Assembly: GCA_051313645.2 (NCBI GenBank) | Contig: JBNRSN020000032.1 | Coordinates: 30,442,001-30,506,000, forward strand | DNA length: 64,000 nt | Direction of reading: 5' to 3' | DNA from: Centroscyllium fabricii | Lineage: Eukaryota | Shown here: positions 1 to 64,000 of the stretch, piece by piece | How positions within the stretch are numbered: the first letter of the stretch is position 1 | How the letters are laid out: the number at the start of each line of letters is the position of its first letter | The notes under the pieces: generated by a model | What the model was told of the DNA's origin: nothing | Database searches by the model: none | The model's input: only the letters and a program-made list of their open reading frames with translations | Program-made: the position numbers and the translations under genes

Positions 1-240
1 AAAGAACACTTTTGTACATCAACATGAGCATACATTTTTGTTCATAGCAAAGTTCTTAGTTGAACACAGTAACATCGAAGGGTTTGTATTCTTTGAGATA
101 TCAGTAGTAAATACAGCATTTCTCTTCCTTCTAAATCAGAAAACATGAATACAATTTAAGTTTAGAAAATATAAATTAAAGACTTGTTCATATCTTTGTA
201 ATCCTGAGTTCATAGAGAAGTAATGGAGTCCTGATCTTCC
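1..240 (-). other. STK10: Start of STK10 3' UTR (runs off the window)
   Basis: AT-rich sequence directly downstream of the stop codon. Confidence 0.8.
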
Positions 241-62283
<62,043 letters not shown>

Positions 62284-62686
62284 TTAGAATAACTCTTTTT
62301 AGCAAATTTGGCAAGGATTCCTGTAGCCCAATCCAACACCATATGGATTTAATAGTACAAAGCATTGTAACATATTATCCGATTAGCAGCAGAGCTGTAA
62401 CCAATCCTGTAAAATTAACCTTGTGCTTACATAACCTTCAACAGTTTCTATCCAGTTGAGCTGTTCTTAAACACAAAGCTGTGCACGACACAAGAATGAT
62501 AGTAAGAGAGGGGTCAACGTTCCTCATCGATGGTTCTAGTTTCCAGTTGAACGTGTTTAAAATAATAATGGACACCATTCTGATTAAACACAGTATGTGG
62601 TGGATAAATACTAGAAGACAGACATTTGAAAAGAAAAATAAGTATTTAGTTGCCAAAGCATGATTATTTATGGGCTGGGTATGAAG

Positions 62687-63104
62687 GCATAAGAACATAA
62701 GTAGGAGCAGGAGTAGGCCACACGGCCCCTCGTGCCTGCTCCGCCGTTCAATAGGATCACGGCTGATCTGAACTTAGACTCACGTCCACTTCCCTGCCCT
62801 CTCCCCGTAACCCCTTATTCCCCTATCAGTTAGGAAACTGTCTATCTCAGTTTTAAATTTATTTAATGTTGCAGCTTCCACAACTCTTGAGGTAGTAAAT
62901 TCCATAGATTCACTACCCTCGGAGTGAAGAAGTTTCTCCTCATCTCAGTTTTGAAAGGGCAGCCCCTTATTCTAAGATTATGCCTCCTAGCTCTAGTCTC
63001 ACCTATCAGTGGAAACATCCTCACCGCATCCACCCGATCAAGCCCCCTTACAATCTTATATGTTTCGATAAGATCGCCTCTCATTCTTCTAAATTCCAAC
63101 GAAT
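62687..63104 (-). mobile_element. CR1 LINE 3' fragment
   Basis: YSLEFRRMRGDLIETYKI..RRNFFTPRVVNLWN (ORF 62863..63126) plus tail. Confidence 0.88.
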
Positions 63105-64000
63105 AGAGGAAGGGCATCAGCAACATTATAAGAGCCTTAGAAGCAATAAGTACAGAATACCCTTAATTTATCAATATAAAAGTCACAGATTAAATTCATA
63201 CACGATTTTAATTGGGGAGGGGGTAGGGAGCATTTCACTTAACTGTTTATTAAATTAGAAAATTTTATACTCTTGTCACATTGTAGTGCCTGTCAAATGT
63301 CAAGTTTAAAAAAAATCCTTGAATACCTATCGTGTTTTACATGTGCAGAGTATTTCCGGCATTTTCTGTTGTTTACTCTGTTTCTCTCCACGGATGCTGC
63401 CTGGCCTGCTGAGTATTTCCGGCATTTTCTGGTGTTATTTCAAGGTTTAACTGCTCATGGGTTGCCACACAATGTTGCAGCTTTATTATGAAACAGGAAA
63501 CTCAGGAAATCTTATAAGATTAAAACCTTTTTTAAAATTAAAAATGCAACACGAAAGAACTCATGATCCAGAATTCTAAACTGTAACAAAGTTGTGAAAA
63601 CCAACACAATAAAACACTATACACAATAAATACATAGATCTGTCATTCCCAGTACAATAATTGTTACCTGACGAAGGGGCAGACGCTTGTGATTTAAAAT
63701 AAAACCGTTGGACTATAAATCTGGTGTTGTGTGACTTTTTGCATTCCCAGTACAAGTCAGGCAGTAAAGTGGTTGCATTTAAAGAGTGCTGCAATTTCCT
63801 GTACTATCTTAGCGTACAGTTTTAACCTCTTTTGCAACTTCAGGGTTTAGTACAGAAACATTTTACAATAGCTCCATAAGTGGACACCCTCCTCTACAAT
63901 TCAACAGCTGTATTTTAACTGCAGTATAACAAAAGGGTCCCTAGTTGTAATGATCGACTTATTGGATCAAACAAAATCCTGTTATGTGCCAACATAATTA

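Noticed and set aside
63660-63745. Hammerhead-like CTGACGA in a Penelope remnant
   Set aside because: The 3' side of stem II and the GAAA core are deleted, so it cannot fold

Overview
Vertebrate genomic DNA, most likely a shark or other cartilaginous fish (inferred from HE1-like V-SINEs, Deu-type SINEs, CR1/HER1-like LINEs and Penelope elements). The window lies inside one gene, STK10 (LOK, STE20-family kinase), on the minus strand. Fifteen coding exons could be spliced by hand into one open frame of 2,510 nt including the stop, running from the kinase DFG motif to the C-terminus (about exons 5-19 by human numbering); the 5' exons lie beyond the window. One intron has a GC donor. The introns hold nested transposons: CR1 LINEs, SINEs, Tigger/pogo-type TA-MITEs rich in GCGCATGCGC motifs, PIF/Harbinger-type elements (one with a Myb/SANT remnant), hAT elements, solo LTRs, and Penelope fragments carrying minimal hammerhead ribozyme motifs. 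The most unusual item is a ~0.5 kb chimeric minus-strand cassette at ~9.5-10.0 kb joining a CCDC50-like coding fragment, the 3' two-thirds of 5S rRNA and a LINE-type 3' tail. All family assignments come from recalled consensus motifs, not database searches.
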